A stretch of 64,000 bases of DNA from Clostridia bacterium (lineage in GTDB: Bacteria > Bacillota > Clostridia > Oscillospirales > CAG-272): positions 14,238 through 78,237 of the forward strand of contig JAFYMF010000005.1 in the NCBI GenBank assembly GCA_017556745.1, read 5' to 3'. Within the stretch, counting starts at the first letter, position 1; each line of letters opens with the position of its first letter. The position numbers were made by a program, and so were the translations under genes. This document shows positions 54,628 through 64,000 of this stretch, one piece after another. The notes below the pieces were generated by a model. It ran no database searches. It was not told the DNA's origin and worked only from the letters and a program-made list of their open reading frames with translations.

Positions 54628-56289
54628 TTATTTCCCTATCGCCCTGTTGATTGCAGAGAACAAAGCATTTATAGAGGACGCGATAATATCGTCGTGGATT
54701 CCCGCACCCCAAACCTTCTTACCGTTTGCAAGCTTGATACTCATATAGGTAATCGCCTGTGAGGTAGATGTTTTGGTAAGTGCATGCTCCTCGTAGGTAA
54801 GCTCCGAAAACTCTATGTTTAGTGCTTCCCTTACCGCATTGCTGACCGCATCAAGTCGACCGTTACCGGTTGCGGTAAGTTCCCTTCTCTCTCCGTCTAT
54901 CTCAACAGAAAGCTCAACTGTGATCTTGCCGTCACGGATAAAGTGATAATCGATAAGCTTGATATGATCATTGATATTAACATAGGTATCGGTAAATATG
55001 TCCAGCACCTCGTCGGGAGAGAGCTCTGCATGAGCCTTGTCAGAAACACTCTTGACAGTATAACCAACATCCTCCCGCATTTTTGAGGGAAGAAGATATC
55101 CGAAATTATTCTCAAGCAGATAACCGATACCGCCCTTGCCAGACTGGGAATTGATACGAATAACATCTGTCTCGTATTCCCTGCCCACGTCTCTTGGATC
55201 GATAGGAAGATATGGCACGGTCCATATGTCACTATCCTGTTCATCACGCCACTTCATTCCCTTGGCTATAGCATCCTGGTGTGAACCTGAGAATGCGGCA
55301 AAAACAAGCTTACCGGCGTAAGGCTGTCTTGCATATATGTCCATGCCCATTATCTTCTCATAAAGTGCAGATATTCCCGGCATATCGCTAAAGTCAAGTT
55401 CGGGATCTATGCCCTGAGCATACATATTGAGTGCCAAGGTAACTATATCAACATTACCTGTTCTCTCTCCGTTACCGAAAAGAGTGCCCTCTACTCTGTC
55501 ACCGCCTGCAAGAAGACCAAGCTCTGCATCTGCAACAGCACATCCTCTATCATTATGAGGATGAAGAGAAATGATAACCGAATCTCTATATTTAATATTA
55601 TCGCAGATATATTCTACCTGATCTGCATACACGTGTGGGGAGGCAAGTTCGACCGTAACAGGAAGATTGATTATAACCTTCTTATCAGGTGTCGGTTTCC
55701 ATACATCAAGTACCGCGTTACATACCTCAAGTGCAAATTCAGGTTCCGTGCCGGTAAAAGACTCCGGCGAATACTCATAGCGATAATCCGCACCCATCTC
55801 CTCTGCTATTTTAACAAAAAGCTCTGCACCATCGGTAGCTATTTTCTTTATCTCTTCCTTACTCTTCTTAAACACCTGCTCGCGCTGTGCAAGGGAAGTG
55901 GAATTATAAAGATGTACAATAGCATTCTTGCATCCGCGAAGAGCCTCAAAGGTCTTTCTGATTATGTGTTCACGGCTCTGTGTAAGCACCTGTATTGTCA
56001 CATCATCAGGAATAAGCTTTCCGTCTATAAGTCTGCGAAGGAAAGTATATTCCGTCTCAGACGCAGCAGGAAATCCTATCTCTATCTCCTTAAAGCCAAT
56101 GTCCACAAGAAGCTCAAAGAAATCAAGCTTCTTCTCAAGGCTCATTGGAATCATAAGTGCCTGATTACCATCTCTGAGGTCAACCGAACACCACACAGGA
56201 GCCTTTTCAATAAAGCTTTTTCTTGCCCATTTTCTCTCGGGAGCGTTGACAGTAAAAAACTGTCTCGTGTATTTTGAAGTGTTCATCAT
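54628..56289 (-). CDS. leuA: 2-isopropylmalate synthase (long, actinobacterial-type LeuA)
   Basis: VWCSVDLRDGNQAL, HPHNDRGCAVADAELGLLAGGDRVEGTLFGNGERTGN and a C-terminal LeuA dimerisation/regulatory domain. Length is 553 aa. Confidence 0.9.
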   Translation of the reverse strand: MMNTSKYTRQFFTVNAPERKWARKSFIEKAPVWCSVDLRDGNQALMIPMSLEKKLDFFELLVDIGFKEIEIGFPAASETEYTFLRRLIDGKLIPDDVTIQVLTQSREHIIRKTFEALRGCKNAIVHLYNSTSLAQREQVFKKSKEEIKKIATDGAELFVKIAEEMGADYRYEYSPESFTGTEPEFALEVCNAVLDVWKPTPDKKVIINLPVTVELASPHVYADQVEYICDNIKYRDSVIISLHPHNDRGCAVADAELGLLAGGDRVEGTLFGNGERTGNVDIVTLALNMYAQGIDPELDFSDMPGISALYEKIMGMDIYARQPYAGKLVFAAFSGSHQDAIAKGMKWRDEQDSDIWTVPYLPIDPRDVGREYETDVIRINSQSGKGGIGYLLENNFGYLLPSKMREDVGYTVKSVSDKAHAELSPDEVLDIFTDTYVNINDHIKLIDYHFIRDGKITVELSVEIDGERRELTATGNGRLDAVSNAVREALNIEFSELTYEEHALTKTSTSQAITYMSIKLANGKKVWGAGIHDDIIASSINALFSAINRAIGK

Positions 56290-56292
56290 CTT

Positions 56293-56676
56293 TTACTCCG
56301 CGTCAATGACCGCGATGGCTTCTACTTCAACAAGAGCCCCCTTGGGGAGAGCCTTTGCCGCAATACAGCTTCTTGCAGGAGCAGAGGTTATATACTTGCT
56401 ATAAACCTCGTTAAAATCCGCAAAATCAACCATATCAGAAAGAAAGCACGTGGTCTTTACTATACTGTCAAGAGATGCACCTGCCGCACTGAGCACTGCA
56501 GAAAGATTTGCCATTACCTGCTCGGTTTGTTCTTTTACATTATCTCCTACAAGCACACCGCTCTCAGGTGAAATCGCAATCTGTCCCGAAGTATAAACCG
56601 TATTGCCGGACTTTATTGCCTGGGAATAAGGACCTATTGCCGCAGGAGCCTTATCCGTAAATATCTTTTCTATCAT
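56293..56676 (-). CDS. ridA: RidA-family reactive enamine/imine deaminase
   Basis: MIEKIFTDKAPAAIGPYSQAIKSGNTVYTSGQI...ARSCIAAKALPKGALVEVEAIA. I chose the ATG at 56676 (AAGAGGA RBS). The longer track ORF would overlap ilvN. Confidence 0.88.
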   Translation of the reverse strand: MIEKIFTDKAPAAIGPYSQAIKSGNTVYTSGQIAISPESGVLVGDNVKEQTEQVMANLSAVLSAAGASLDSIVKTTCFLSDMVDFADFNEVYSKYITSAPARSCIAAKALPKGALVEVEAIAVIDAE

Positions 56677-56689
56677 TTTATTATCCTCT

Positions 56690-57181
56690 TTATTTTTCAA
56701 GCACGTTTGCGCCTCTGTCAAGAGCAACCACACCTGTACGGCACATTTCAACAATACCGATCGGCTTCATTACCTCAATAAAGGCTTTTATCTTACTGGG
56801 TTCCCCTGTGACCTCCACACACATAGCATCGGTGGTATAGTCGATTATCTTAGCACGATATATCTCGGTTGCCGCCATTATCTCGCTTCTGTTCTCAGGG
56901 GTATTCTTTACCTTTATCAGCATTATCTCTCGCTCAACTGTACTGTCTCCGCCAAGAAGCTTTACACTTCTGACATTCTGAAGTTTTGTAAGCTGACTTA
57001 TAAGCTGTTCTCTTGAGTTCTCGTCTCCGTCCATTGTAATGGTGATTCGTGAATACCTCGAATCCTCTGTCTCACTAACAGTCAGAGAGTCAATGTTAAA
57101 GCCGCGTCGCATAAATAACCCCGCAACTCTTGCAAGAACACCGTATTTATTTTCAACGTATACTGATATAACCGATCTCAT
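56690..57181 (-). CDS. ilvN: Acetolactate synthase small (regulatory) subunit
   Basis: ISVYVENKYGVLARVAGLFMRRGFNIDSLTV gives the ACT domain. Length is 163 aa. It is directly coupled to ilvB by a 1-nt overlap. Confidence 0.9.
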   Translation of the reverse strand: MRSVISVYVENKYGVLARVAGLFMRRGFNIDSLTVSETEDSRYSRITITMDGDENSREQLISQLTKLQNVRSVKLLGGDSTVEREIMLIKVKNTPENRSEIMAATEIYRAKIIDYTTDAMCVEVTGEPSKIKAFIEVMKPIGIVEMCRTGVVALDRGANVLEK

Positions 57182-58911
57182 TATTCTGCACCGTCCTTTT
57201 CATTTTCATCATCAGATGAAACATCTGAGGATGAAAAATCCTCAGTTATTATATCCTCCATTTTTGCTCCGGGTGGGAGCATTGGAAGAACAAATTCATC
57301 CATTCCGATAGCGGCATCGATAAGATACGGGCCGCTATAACTAACGGCACGTTCAAATGCCGCCTTAAAACTTTCGGCACTGTCTACCCTTTCACCCCTT
57401 GCACCAAAGGCTTCTGCAATCTTGACAAAATCAGTTTTTCTGTCAAGCACCGTGCTTGAATAATGCTTGTCGTAGAACAAGGTCTGCCACTGTCTTACCA
57501 TGCCGAGAACACCGTTGTTCATAATAACAATTATCATTGGAATATTATAAGTCACGGCAGTGGCAAGTTCTGTCATATTCATTCCAAAGCTACCGTCACC
57601 GGTTATAAGTATAGGCCTCTCGTCTTCAGCTATATACGCACCGATAGCAGCACCCATACCGTATCCCATTGTACCGAGTCCGCCGCTGGTAGCAAGCCTG
57701 CGGGGACGTTCAAACCGTGCATACTGTGCGGTCCACATCTGATGCTGACCAACATCGGTAACGATAACCGTATTATCATTTTTTCCGTTATTTATAACGT
57801 CAAGTATTTTCTTTGGAGTAAGAGTATCACCGGCATTTTTCTCCATCTCGGCACCTATTGCCTTACCGTACTCTCTATATGTCTCTATCTTCTTTTTCCA
57901 ATTAGGATGCTTCTTTTCTTCACACAGCTCGGTCATTTTCAGAAGTGCTGATGTTATGTCTCCAACAATCCCTATATCAACCGAAACGTTTTTATTTATC
58001 TCCGCGATATCTCCGTCCAGCTGAATGATTTTAGCATTTTTTGAATACTGCTTTACGTCTCCTATCGCTCTATCACTGAATCTGACACCTATAGCAATTA
58101 TAACATCTGCCTCTTTTGCGCCGCGGGAAGAGGCATATCTGCCATGCATTCCCTGCATACCGAGAAAACGGACGTGAGAGTTGGGAATAAGAGAAAGTCC
58201 CATAAGAGAACTACCTATATATCCGTCAATTTTATCAGCAAGAGCAATTATTTCTCTGCTAAGTCCCTCTCTTGCGGCACCGCCGCCAATGTAAATATAA
58301 GGGCGGACAGCAGAGTTGATCATATCTGCAGCCTCTGAAATGAGAGCTTCGCTTGCCTGAGCAAACCTGATCGGATCATATGGTGCGGCATAAGTATACT
58401 CGCATTCCGCCTCCTGTACATCCTTGGGAATATCTATAAGAACAGGGCCCGGACGGCCTGATTTGGCTATTCTGAAAGCATCTCTTATCGTCTCAGCAAG
58501 ATCTTCCACCTTAGTGACGAAATAATTATGTTTGGTTATCGGCATAGTAACACCGGTTATATCAACCTCTTGGAATCCGTCTCTGCCTATAAGATAAGTT
58601 GGTACGTTTCCGGTTATTGCAACCATAGGAACGGAGTCAAGCATAGCGGTAGCTATACCGGTAACGAGATTAGTAGCACCGGGACCGGAGGTTGCTATAA
58701 CAACACCCACCTTACCTGTAACTCTCGCATAACCGTCTGCGGCATGAGCAGCCCCCTGCTCGTGAGCAGTAAGAATGTGCCTGAGTCTGTCTGATGCACA
58801 ATATAATGCATCGTATATATTAAGCACCTGACCGCCGGGATAACCGAACACATCGGTAACACCCTGCTCTATCAGAGTCTCTATTGCAATCTGTGCTCCG
58901 TTCATGATCAT
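57181..58911 (-). CDS. ilvB: Acetolactate synthase large subunit (biosynthetic type)
   Basis: GAQIAIETLIEQGVTDVFGYPGG, GPGATNLVTGIATAMLDSVPMVAITG and the GDGSFGMN...NNGVLGMVRQWQ ThDP motif. An unusual acidic Ser/Asp/Glu C-terminal tail is present. Confidence 0.92.
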   Translation of the reverse strand: MIMNGAQIAIETLIEQGVTDVFGYPGGQVLNIYDALYCASDRLRHILTAHEQGAAHAADGYARVTGKVGVVIATSGPGATNLVTGIATAMLDSVPMVAITGNVPTYLIGRDGFQEVDITGVTMPITKHNYFVTKVEDLAETIRDAFRIAKSGRPGPVLIDIPKDVQEAECEYTYAAPYDPIRFAQASEALISEAADMINSAVRPYIYIGGGAAREGLSREIIALADKIDGYIGSSLMGLSLIPNSHVRFLGMQGMHGRYASSRGAKEADVIIAIGVRFSDRAIGDVKQYSKNAKIIQLDGDIAEINKNVSVDIGIVGDITSALLKMTELCEEKKHPNWKKKIETYREYGKAIGAEMEKNAGDTLTPKKILDVINNGKNDNTVIVTDVGQHQMWTAQYARFERPRRLATSGGLGTMGYGMGAAIGAYIAEDERPILITGDGSFGMNMTELATAVTYNIPMIIVIMNNGVLGMVRQWQTLFYDKHYSSTVLDRKTDFVKIAEAFGARGERVDSAESFKAAFERAVSYSGPYLIDAAIGMDEFVLPMLPPGAKMEDIITEDFSSSDVSSDDENEKDGAE

Positions 58912-58954
58912 TACTGCTCGCCTCCTTAAAATATAATTAATACAAGTAATATAA

Positions 58955-59250
58955 CAAAAAAGCCCTCTCGTCTCCCGTTATCGAACCGATAACAACTAAG
59001 AGACGAAAGAGACAAAACATAGTGTTTTAGTTCTTCCGCGGTACCACTCTTATTCATCCTGACAGGATGCACTCAGGTGCCGGCACACCGTACCTCTATT
59101 ACGGGAGTACCCGTTCGAAATTACCCACAGAAAATCTGCTTTACCCCGACCGCTCCATGGCGAGTTCACCGCATCCACCGGATATCTCACACCAACCGAT
59201 ACCTCTCTGAAGACAACGAAAAAACGGCTACTACTCCACTTCTCAGCGTT
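58955..59250 (-). promoter_or_regulatory. T-box riboswitch leader, probable Leu (CUC) specifier, with intrinsic terminator
   Basis: Minus strand contains an AGAGAG box and a stem I with GGTGAA-CTC-G in the specifier position. The T-box core is AAGAGTGGTACCGCGGAAG (complement of 59033-59051). The terminator is ctctttcgtctc...gagacgagaggg followed by cttttttg (58955-59011). Confidence 0.8.
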
Positions 59251-59256
59251 TAGTTC

Positions 59257-59285
59257 ATTATATCATCAACATTACTTTTTGTCAA
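59257..59285 (-). promoter_or_regulatory. Consensus sigma-A promoter of the T-box/ilvB operon
   Basis: Minus strand reads TTGACA (59285-59280), 17 nt spacer, TATAAT (59262-59257). Confidence 0.7.
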
Positions 59286-59331
59286 TCTATTTTTATTTTC
59301 GCGCCATTTTGACAAAATTAATACACTAACC

Positions 59332-59982
59332 TCATCTATCTGCCCTCAAAGTAAAAGTTGCACCCCAGCTGCCGAGCACATGCACAGAAGAAAATCCTGC
59401 TTTAATCAGTGCTTCAGTCTCATGTTCTACTGTAAGTGGTGTGTCATAATGATATAATACCCCTTCTTCTGCGGACTGTTCTTTTTTTAATCTTAACAGT
59501 TCACTGCGATGCTGTATCTCCTCTTCTTCTGACATTGAAAAATAATCAGTAAGAATAAAGTACCCACCTTTTTTCAGTGATGCATGAAGCTTTTTATAAA
59601 GTGAAATTTTCTCCTCTTTTGTAAAATGGTGAAGAGATTCCACCGATACCGCAGCATCAAACTGCTCTTCACCGAAAGGAATCTCAAAATACGAACCCAA
59701 AACAGTTTTTATGTTTTTAGATGGGAATTTTCTTTTAAGTTCATCGAGCATACCGACAGATATATCTATCCCGGTCACAACCGCTGTTGGATTAACTGCA
59801 AAATATTCAGTCAATTCAAGACCCGTACCGCATCCAAGATCGATTATCTCTGTTTCTTTTTTCTTTGGTAATACATTTGCTGTTAATCTGTAAAATTCAG
59901 GTGCAGATTCTATGCATGTCAGCATATGCTCATCATATTCGCAAAGTCGTTTTTCAAAAAATTCAGCCATTCTCTCAAGCAT
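59332..59982 (-). CDS. Class I SAM-dependent methyltransferase
   Basis: EIIDLGCGTGLEL is motif I, followed by VTGIDIS and FDAAVSVESLHH. Length is 216 aa. Confidence 0.8.
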   Translation of the reverse strand: MLERMAEFFEKRLCEYDEHMLTCIESAPEFYRLTANVLPKKKETEIIDLGCGTGLELTEYFAVNPTAVVTGIDISVGMLDELKRKFPSKNIKTVLGSYFEIPFGEEQFDAAVSVESLHHFTKEEKISLYKKLHASLKKGGYFILTDYFSMSEEEEIQHRSELLRLKKEQSAEEGVLYHYDTPLTVEHETEALIKAGFSSVHVLGSWGATFTLRADR

Positions 59983-60125
59983 AAATAAACACCTACAATT
60001 CTTTTGTTTTTTTAATTATATCACACTTTTCAAACAATGTAAACTCCACATGTTCAAACAACTTTTGCCCTATAGACAAAACATTTATTCTGTGATATAC
60101 TAAAATAAAAACGAGGTGTTAAAGA

Positions 60126-60926
60126 ATGCATAGAGTAGTATTTAACCGTTTTCCCGGAGGTGTAAGCCGTTGTCTCACCATGAGTTACGATGACGGCAGA
60201 AAGGAAGACGTAAGACTTGTTGAAATATTTAATAAAAACGGAATCAAAGGCACCTTCCATCTGAATTCCGGTTTTTTCTGCAGAGATAACGTGATCTCCT
60301 TTGAGGATGTAAAAGATCTATATAAAGGTCATGAGGTTTCCTGCCACATGGCTACTCACCCCTGGCCCACTATCATTCCCGAAACAGCAAAGCTTGCTGA
60401 AATATACGAAGACAGAAAAGCACTTGAAAAAGCCTGCGGTTATCCTGTTCGCGGTATGTCATATCCATACGGCAACTTTGATGATGAGACCATAAAGGTA
60501 ATAAAGAATACCGGTATCGAATATTCTCGTACTGTTCATTCTACAAACAATTTTGACATTCCCGAGGATTTCCTCCGTTGGGATCCTACCTGTCATCACA
60601 GACACGATATAGTTGATAAAATCCCCGTTTTCCTTGATCCCGGTCGAGACAGTCACTACAACCTCTTCTACGTATGGGGTCACAGTTATGAGTTTAGTCA
60701 CAATAACAACTGGGAGCTTATTGAAGAGTTCTGCGCTAAGATTTCAGGTCTCGAAAATGTATGGTACGCTACCAACATTGAGATAGTAGATTACATAAAT
60801 GCTACTAAATCCCTCAGAATGTCTCTTGAACTCGATTCGTTCTACAATCCTTCTGCTATAAGTGTCTGGCTGACTGTAGACGGACAGACTCTCGAGATTC
60901 CCGCAGGTACTACAGTAAAAATATAA
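60126..60926 (+). CDS. Polysaccharide deacetylase family protein (CE4-like), cytoplasmic
   Basis: CLTMSYDDGRKEDVRLVEIFNKNGIKGTFHLNSG, then HEVSCHMATHPW and YPYG. No signal peptide is present. Confidence 0.7.
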   Translation: MHRVVFNRFPGGVSRCLTMSYDDGRKEDVRLVEIFNKNGIKGTFHLNSGFFCRDNVISFEDVKDLYKGHEVSCHMATHPWPTIIPETAKLAEIYEDRKALEKACGYPVRGMSYPYGNFDDETIKVIKNTGIEYSRTVHSTNNFDIPEDFLRWDPTCHHRHDIVDKIPVFLDPGRDSHYNLFYVWGHSYEFSHNNNWELIEEFCAKISGLENVWYATNIEIVDYINATKSLRMSLELDSFYNPSAISVWLTVDGQTLEIPAGTTVKI

Positions 60927-60950
60927 TATACAAATTAATATAACAATGTA

Positions 60951-60989
60951 AATACCCGCTTACGGTAAATAATACTGTAAGCGGGTATT
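60951..60989. terminator. Bidirectional terminator between convergent genes
   Basis: aatacccgcttac, a 13-nt loop, then gtaagcgggtatt form a 13-bp stem followed by a T-rich tail. Confidence 0.7.
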
Positions 60990-61019
60990 TCTTATATAGT
61001 TTTTAAAACAATAATGTGA

Positions 61020-63233
61020 TCAATTATTTTCAATGCGTCCGATTTCTTCAAGAGGAATTTTTACAAAGCCGTTCTTATAGGCCTCTGCATCATCGGCAAG
61101 AGTACAATCACCATCCTCAATGCCCGGAAGCTGAACGTGTTCGGCATCGGTAAATTTAAGATTGTTCTCAATAATTCCCATCTTGAAGCACTGATAATCA
61201 TACACCATATCCTCGCAGATTCTACCATCTGTCATAAAGAACATGTTATTTCGCACTACATTGTTTGCAGGGTTGGTTGACAGCATAGGATCGTCATAAT
61301 CACCGTCATATCCATTAACGTAAGGGATAATATCGCCGTATCCCGGGAAAGCCTCGTCCCACTCGGGATTTTTCTGCATTGCCTCTACGTGCTCTGCCAA
61401 GTCGCGGGCATGCTCATAAACCATATTCGGCAACGTACGGGTACGTGCAGTGATACTGATCGGTGAATCGTCGCTGTCGATTATCAGGTTGTTTTCAATG
61501 ATATTGTCTCGTCCGCAGGTAAGAATACCGTAACCTGTTACGTTAAAGATAACGTTACCGTATGCAGTCTGTCCTCCAAGGCCGTCATCGTAATATATAC
61601 CCATCGCCCATCCTCCGTCAGAGCCTATGTCGTGGATGAAATTATAACGGATTGTACTACCGTAGCAGTCAAGACGGCGACCGGAATAAAACGCACCGCA
61701 GTCATCTGTCTCATAACAAACGTTGTATAACTCGTTGTATTCCATTATATGATTTGGACCGTACCATATAACCGCCTGATGAGGACCCTCATAGATTTCG
61801 TTGTGAGAAACTACTGTTCCACATCCTTTAAGTTTAACCGCATATTCCTGAGAGTGATTAATCTGATTCCAGTGATGTATACTGTTGTTGTATATCAAAT
61901 TACCTGAGGAAGTAACTGTATCCTGGTCACCGCCGTTCATAATGATCGCACAATCACCGACCTCACAGATTTCGCTGTTTTGTACGGTTAAGTAACTACC
62001 GTTTGCACGTATAGCGTTATTACCAATACCGGAAATCTTACAGTTATCAACTGTAAGATGGTCACCGGAGAGAGAGATTGCATCAGCCCTGGTACCGGTT
62101 ATATTAAGCCCATCGAGAGTAATGTAAGAAGCACCGTTCATCTTTACAATATAATTGTCAAAAGAGGAAAGAACGATGGAACTGCTATCAAAATTCTCCG
62201 TGGGGTAAAGGTAGAGTATCGCATTTTCACGGTCTATATAATATTCGCCGGCGGTGTCTGTTTCGGCAAACACGTTGAAGAAGAACAGACGGCCGTCCTC
62301 GCTGATGCCGTAGTGGTTACTATGTCCCAAAGTTACCTGCATTTGATTTGTGTCTATACTCTGAACAGGAAGCACCGCAGATGACCAGTTCCAACCGAGA
62401 AAACCTACTATCCATATATCATCCGTCTCCCAAAGAGCCGCATGAGTAAATGTGTCCTTATACGCATCTTTAAGACTGAATACACTCACGTCATCGTTGT
62501 CACCGATCTTCACAAAAGAAGCGTGAAATCTATCCTCAGTTGCCTGATTGGGATAACGGGAAAGCTCCATTCTTGTACCGTCAATAAAGAGCTCACTTGT
62601 CCAAGTACCGACTCCACCGGGATAATCACTGGATCTTGAGTCATTTCCGTGAGGATATATTTTGCCGATGGTCTCTGTTGTAAGTCCGTATTTAGAGAGA
62701 TCGATTTTCAGTACCTTCTCCTTTGCCGCATCATCAATAAGCTTTGCCTTTTCCTCATCGGTAATTGGTTCAAAGTCAGATGCATCAAGAGTTATTCCGC
62801 CGGTGAGAACCGCACCGTTTTTCTTGGCGGACATATATCTTATAGGGCTATTCTCTGTACCGGAATCCTCTGCGGTAAAGTTAATGGTTTCGGTAATTTT
62901 ATATTCACCGGAAGCAAGAAGAACGGTAATTCCGCCCTCAGGAAGACCGTCACCAGCCTTTATCTCGCGAATCTTTGTCTGTGCTTCCTGAATACTTCTG
63001 AGAGGAGCATCCTTTGTACCATCTCCGCCCTCTTCGGCTGCCACGTCAACGTATATAACGGTACCCTCTACCTCAGGCCATTTCTCATCTACAGGCGCAG
63101 TGGTATCAGAGGCGGTTGTATCTGCCTGCGTAGTATCTACATCTGCTCCGGTATCTCCCGAACATCCAATAAATGAGGAAATGCAGAAAAGACACGCAAG
63201 TAAGATCGATACAAATTGTTTAGCATTTTTCAT
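61020..63233 (-). CDS. Lipoprotein with right-handed parallel beta-helix repeats (pectate-lyase-fold, putative glycan-active enzyme)
   Basis: Lipobox ISSFIGCSG. Periodic N/G/I-rich repeats include ITGTRADAISLSGDHLTVDNCKISGIGNNAIRANGSYLTVQNSEICEVGDCAIIMNGG and NVIFNVTGYGILTCGRDNIIENNLII. Confidence 0.65.
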   Translation of the reverse strand: MKNAKQFVSILLACLFCISSFIGCSGDTGADVDTTQADTTASDTTAPVDEKWPEVEGTVIYVDVAAEEGGDGTKDAPLRSIQEAQTKIREIKAGDGLPEGGITVLLASGEYKITETINFTAEDSGTENSPIRYMSAKKNGAVLTGGITLDASDFEPITDEEKAKLIDDAAKEKVLKIDLSKYGLTTETIGKIYPHGNDSRSSDYPGGVGTWTSELFIDGTRMELSRYPNQATEDRFHASFVKIGDNDDVSVFSLKDAYKDTFTHAALWETDDIWIVGFLGWNWSSAVLPVQSIDTNQMQVTLGHSNHYGISEDGRLFFFNVFAETDTAGEYYIDRENAILYLYPTENFDSSSIVLSSFDNYIVKMNGASYITLDGLNITGTRADAISLSGDHLTVDNCKISGIGNNAIRANGSYLTVQNSEICEVGDCAIIMNGGDQDTVTSSGNLIYNNSIHHWNQINHSQEYAVKLKGCGTVVSHNEIYEGPHQAVIWYGPNHIMEYNELYNVCYETDDCGAFYSGRRLDCYGSTIRYNFIHDIGSDGGWAMGIYYDDGLGGQTAYGNVIFNVTGYGILTCGRDNIIENNLIIDSDDSPISITARTRTLPNMVYEHARDLAEHVEAMQKNPEWDEAFPGYGDIIPYVNGYDGDYDDPMLSTNPANNVVRNNMFFMTDGRICEDMVYDYQCFKMGIIENNLKFTDAEHVQLPGIEDGDCTLADDAEAYKNGFVKIPLEEIGRIENN

Positions 63234-63384
63234 ATGATTTGTATATCCTTTCCTGTTTTTTTTATTTTACATCTTCTAATATTTTTTGTCAAGCGAGCTT
63301 AATCAATTTTCACATAGTATACAAGTACCCCACCGAATTTTATACATATTGCACACCGAGTGGCACTTAATCATATTTTTTAGA

Positions 63385-63933
63385 CTATCTGTTTGTCTCT
63401 GCCAGCTTTCTTATAAACGCGGTAATCTCATTTCCTACAGATACAAGCTCATCAGCAAACTCCTTTGCTGTGATTCTGAGTATTCCTGACATTACTGCCG
63501 AAAACTGGAGCATTCTGTCCCCGGTAACGACCTTTACAGTATAATCAGGGCCAAGATCATGCATCACCTTTTCAATATACGCATCAGCAGTCTCATCTTC
63601 TTTTGTAAAGACTACGCGATATCCGTCTCTGATAAAATCAGAACCATCTCCGTCCTTTACAAGATAGGCATCAAACACAAGGAGAAGCTCGTTTTTTGTA
63701 TATGCTGCATAGCTGCTGAGCATATCCATAAGAGTGTTTCTTGCACTCTCAAGTTCAACGTCCGCTATCTCCTTAAGCGCATCCCAAGAATATATAAGAT
63801 TATAACCGTCGATTATAGTGAGGTTTCTCTGCTCACGTAACTTCTTTGACTTTCTTCTATCCTCTTTTTCGGCAGAGTTGATCTTAGGCTCGCTATACCG
63901 TCTACGTTTGATAGGGCCAAATGTCCTCTGCAT
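63385..63933 (-). CDS. YacP/Rae1-like NYN-domain ribonuclease
   Basis: LTIIDGYNLIYSWDALKEIA, LLVFDAYLVKDG, VVFTKEDETADAYIEK and VVTGDRMLQ match the YacP family. The ATG at 63933 has an AGAGGTAGAGG RBS. The same frame stays open up to the window end, so a longer N-terminus cannot be excluded. Confidence 0.8.
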   Translation of the reverse strand: MQRTFGPIKRRRYSEPKINSAEKEDRRKSKKLREQRNLTIIDGYNLIYSWDALKEIADVELESARNTLMDMLSSYAAYTKNELLLVFDAYLVKDGDGSDFIRDGYRVVFTKEDETADAYIEKVMHDLGPDYTVKVVTGDRMLQFSAVMSGILRITAKEFADELVSVGNEITAFIRKLAETNR

Positions 63934-64000
63934 TATTGCCTCTACCTCTTTATCAGTTATATCGTAACGACGGGCAATCTTCTCTACCCGTGGTATAACG

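Noticed and set aside
63934-64000. Extension of the YacP-like ORF to the window edge. The frame stays open and reads VIPRVEKIARRYDITDKEVEAI before the ATG.
   Set aside because: The ATG at 63933 has a strong AGAGGTAGAGG Shine-Dalgarno. Another frame has a stop at 63953-63955 that could end an upstream gene. With only 67 nt available the longer reading can be neither confirmed nor excluded, so the conservative start was annotated.

Overview
This 64 kb window looks like chromosomal DNA from a low-GC Firmicute, probably a Clostridia or Oscillospiraceae-type gut anaerobe. That guess rests on gene content and on a THF riboswitch resembling the Eubacterium siraeum type. About 85% of genes are on the minus strand. 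I saw no CRISPR array, transposase, integrase or prophage gene.

Recognisable content:
- Housekeeping genes: secA (partial), gpmI, trmL plus a TrmH-family methylase, dxs, nrdR, gnd, and divergent tRNA-Glu and tRNA-Thr genes.
- An xpt gene followed by a BMP-type nucleoside ABC transporter operon.
- A five-gene biotin-dependent Na+-decarboxylase/transcarboxylase cluster.
- A THF-riboswitch-led folT-folC operon.
- A Leu T-box-led ilvB-ilvN-ridA-leuA operon.

Regions worth a second look:
1. Six tightly coupled genes at 23.9-28.4 kb form three tandem copies of a two-gene unit. Each unit is a degenerate PHP-like protein that has lost most metal-ligand motifs, followed by an intact PHP-like protein. 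The unit junctions are conserved at nucleotide level. The array sits inside the folT-folC-ygjP...GH172 gene string.
2. Five tandem ~500-aa paralogous lipoproteins resembling solute-binding proteins lie at 31.1-40.3 kb, with no ABC permease or ATPase nearby. A lipoprotein CE4 deacetylase is embedded in the array. A truncated sixth copy lies 30 kb away at 1.4-1.8 kb.
3. A LarA-like gene, two TrpH-like PHP genes, gnd and a PfkB kinase form an operon at 41.2-46.8 kb.
4. The decarboxylase cluster carries both a 12S-type and a biotin-domain-less 5S-type carboxyltransferase around one shared BCCP.

All family assignments come from motif recognition by eye. No database search was run.
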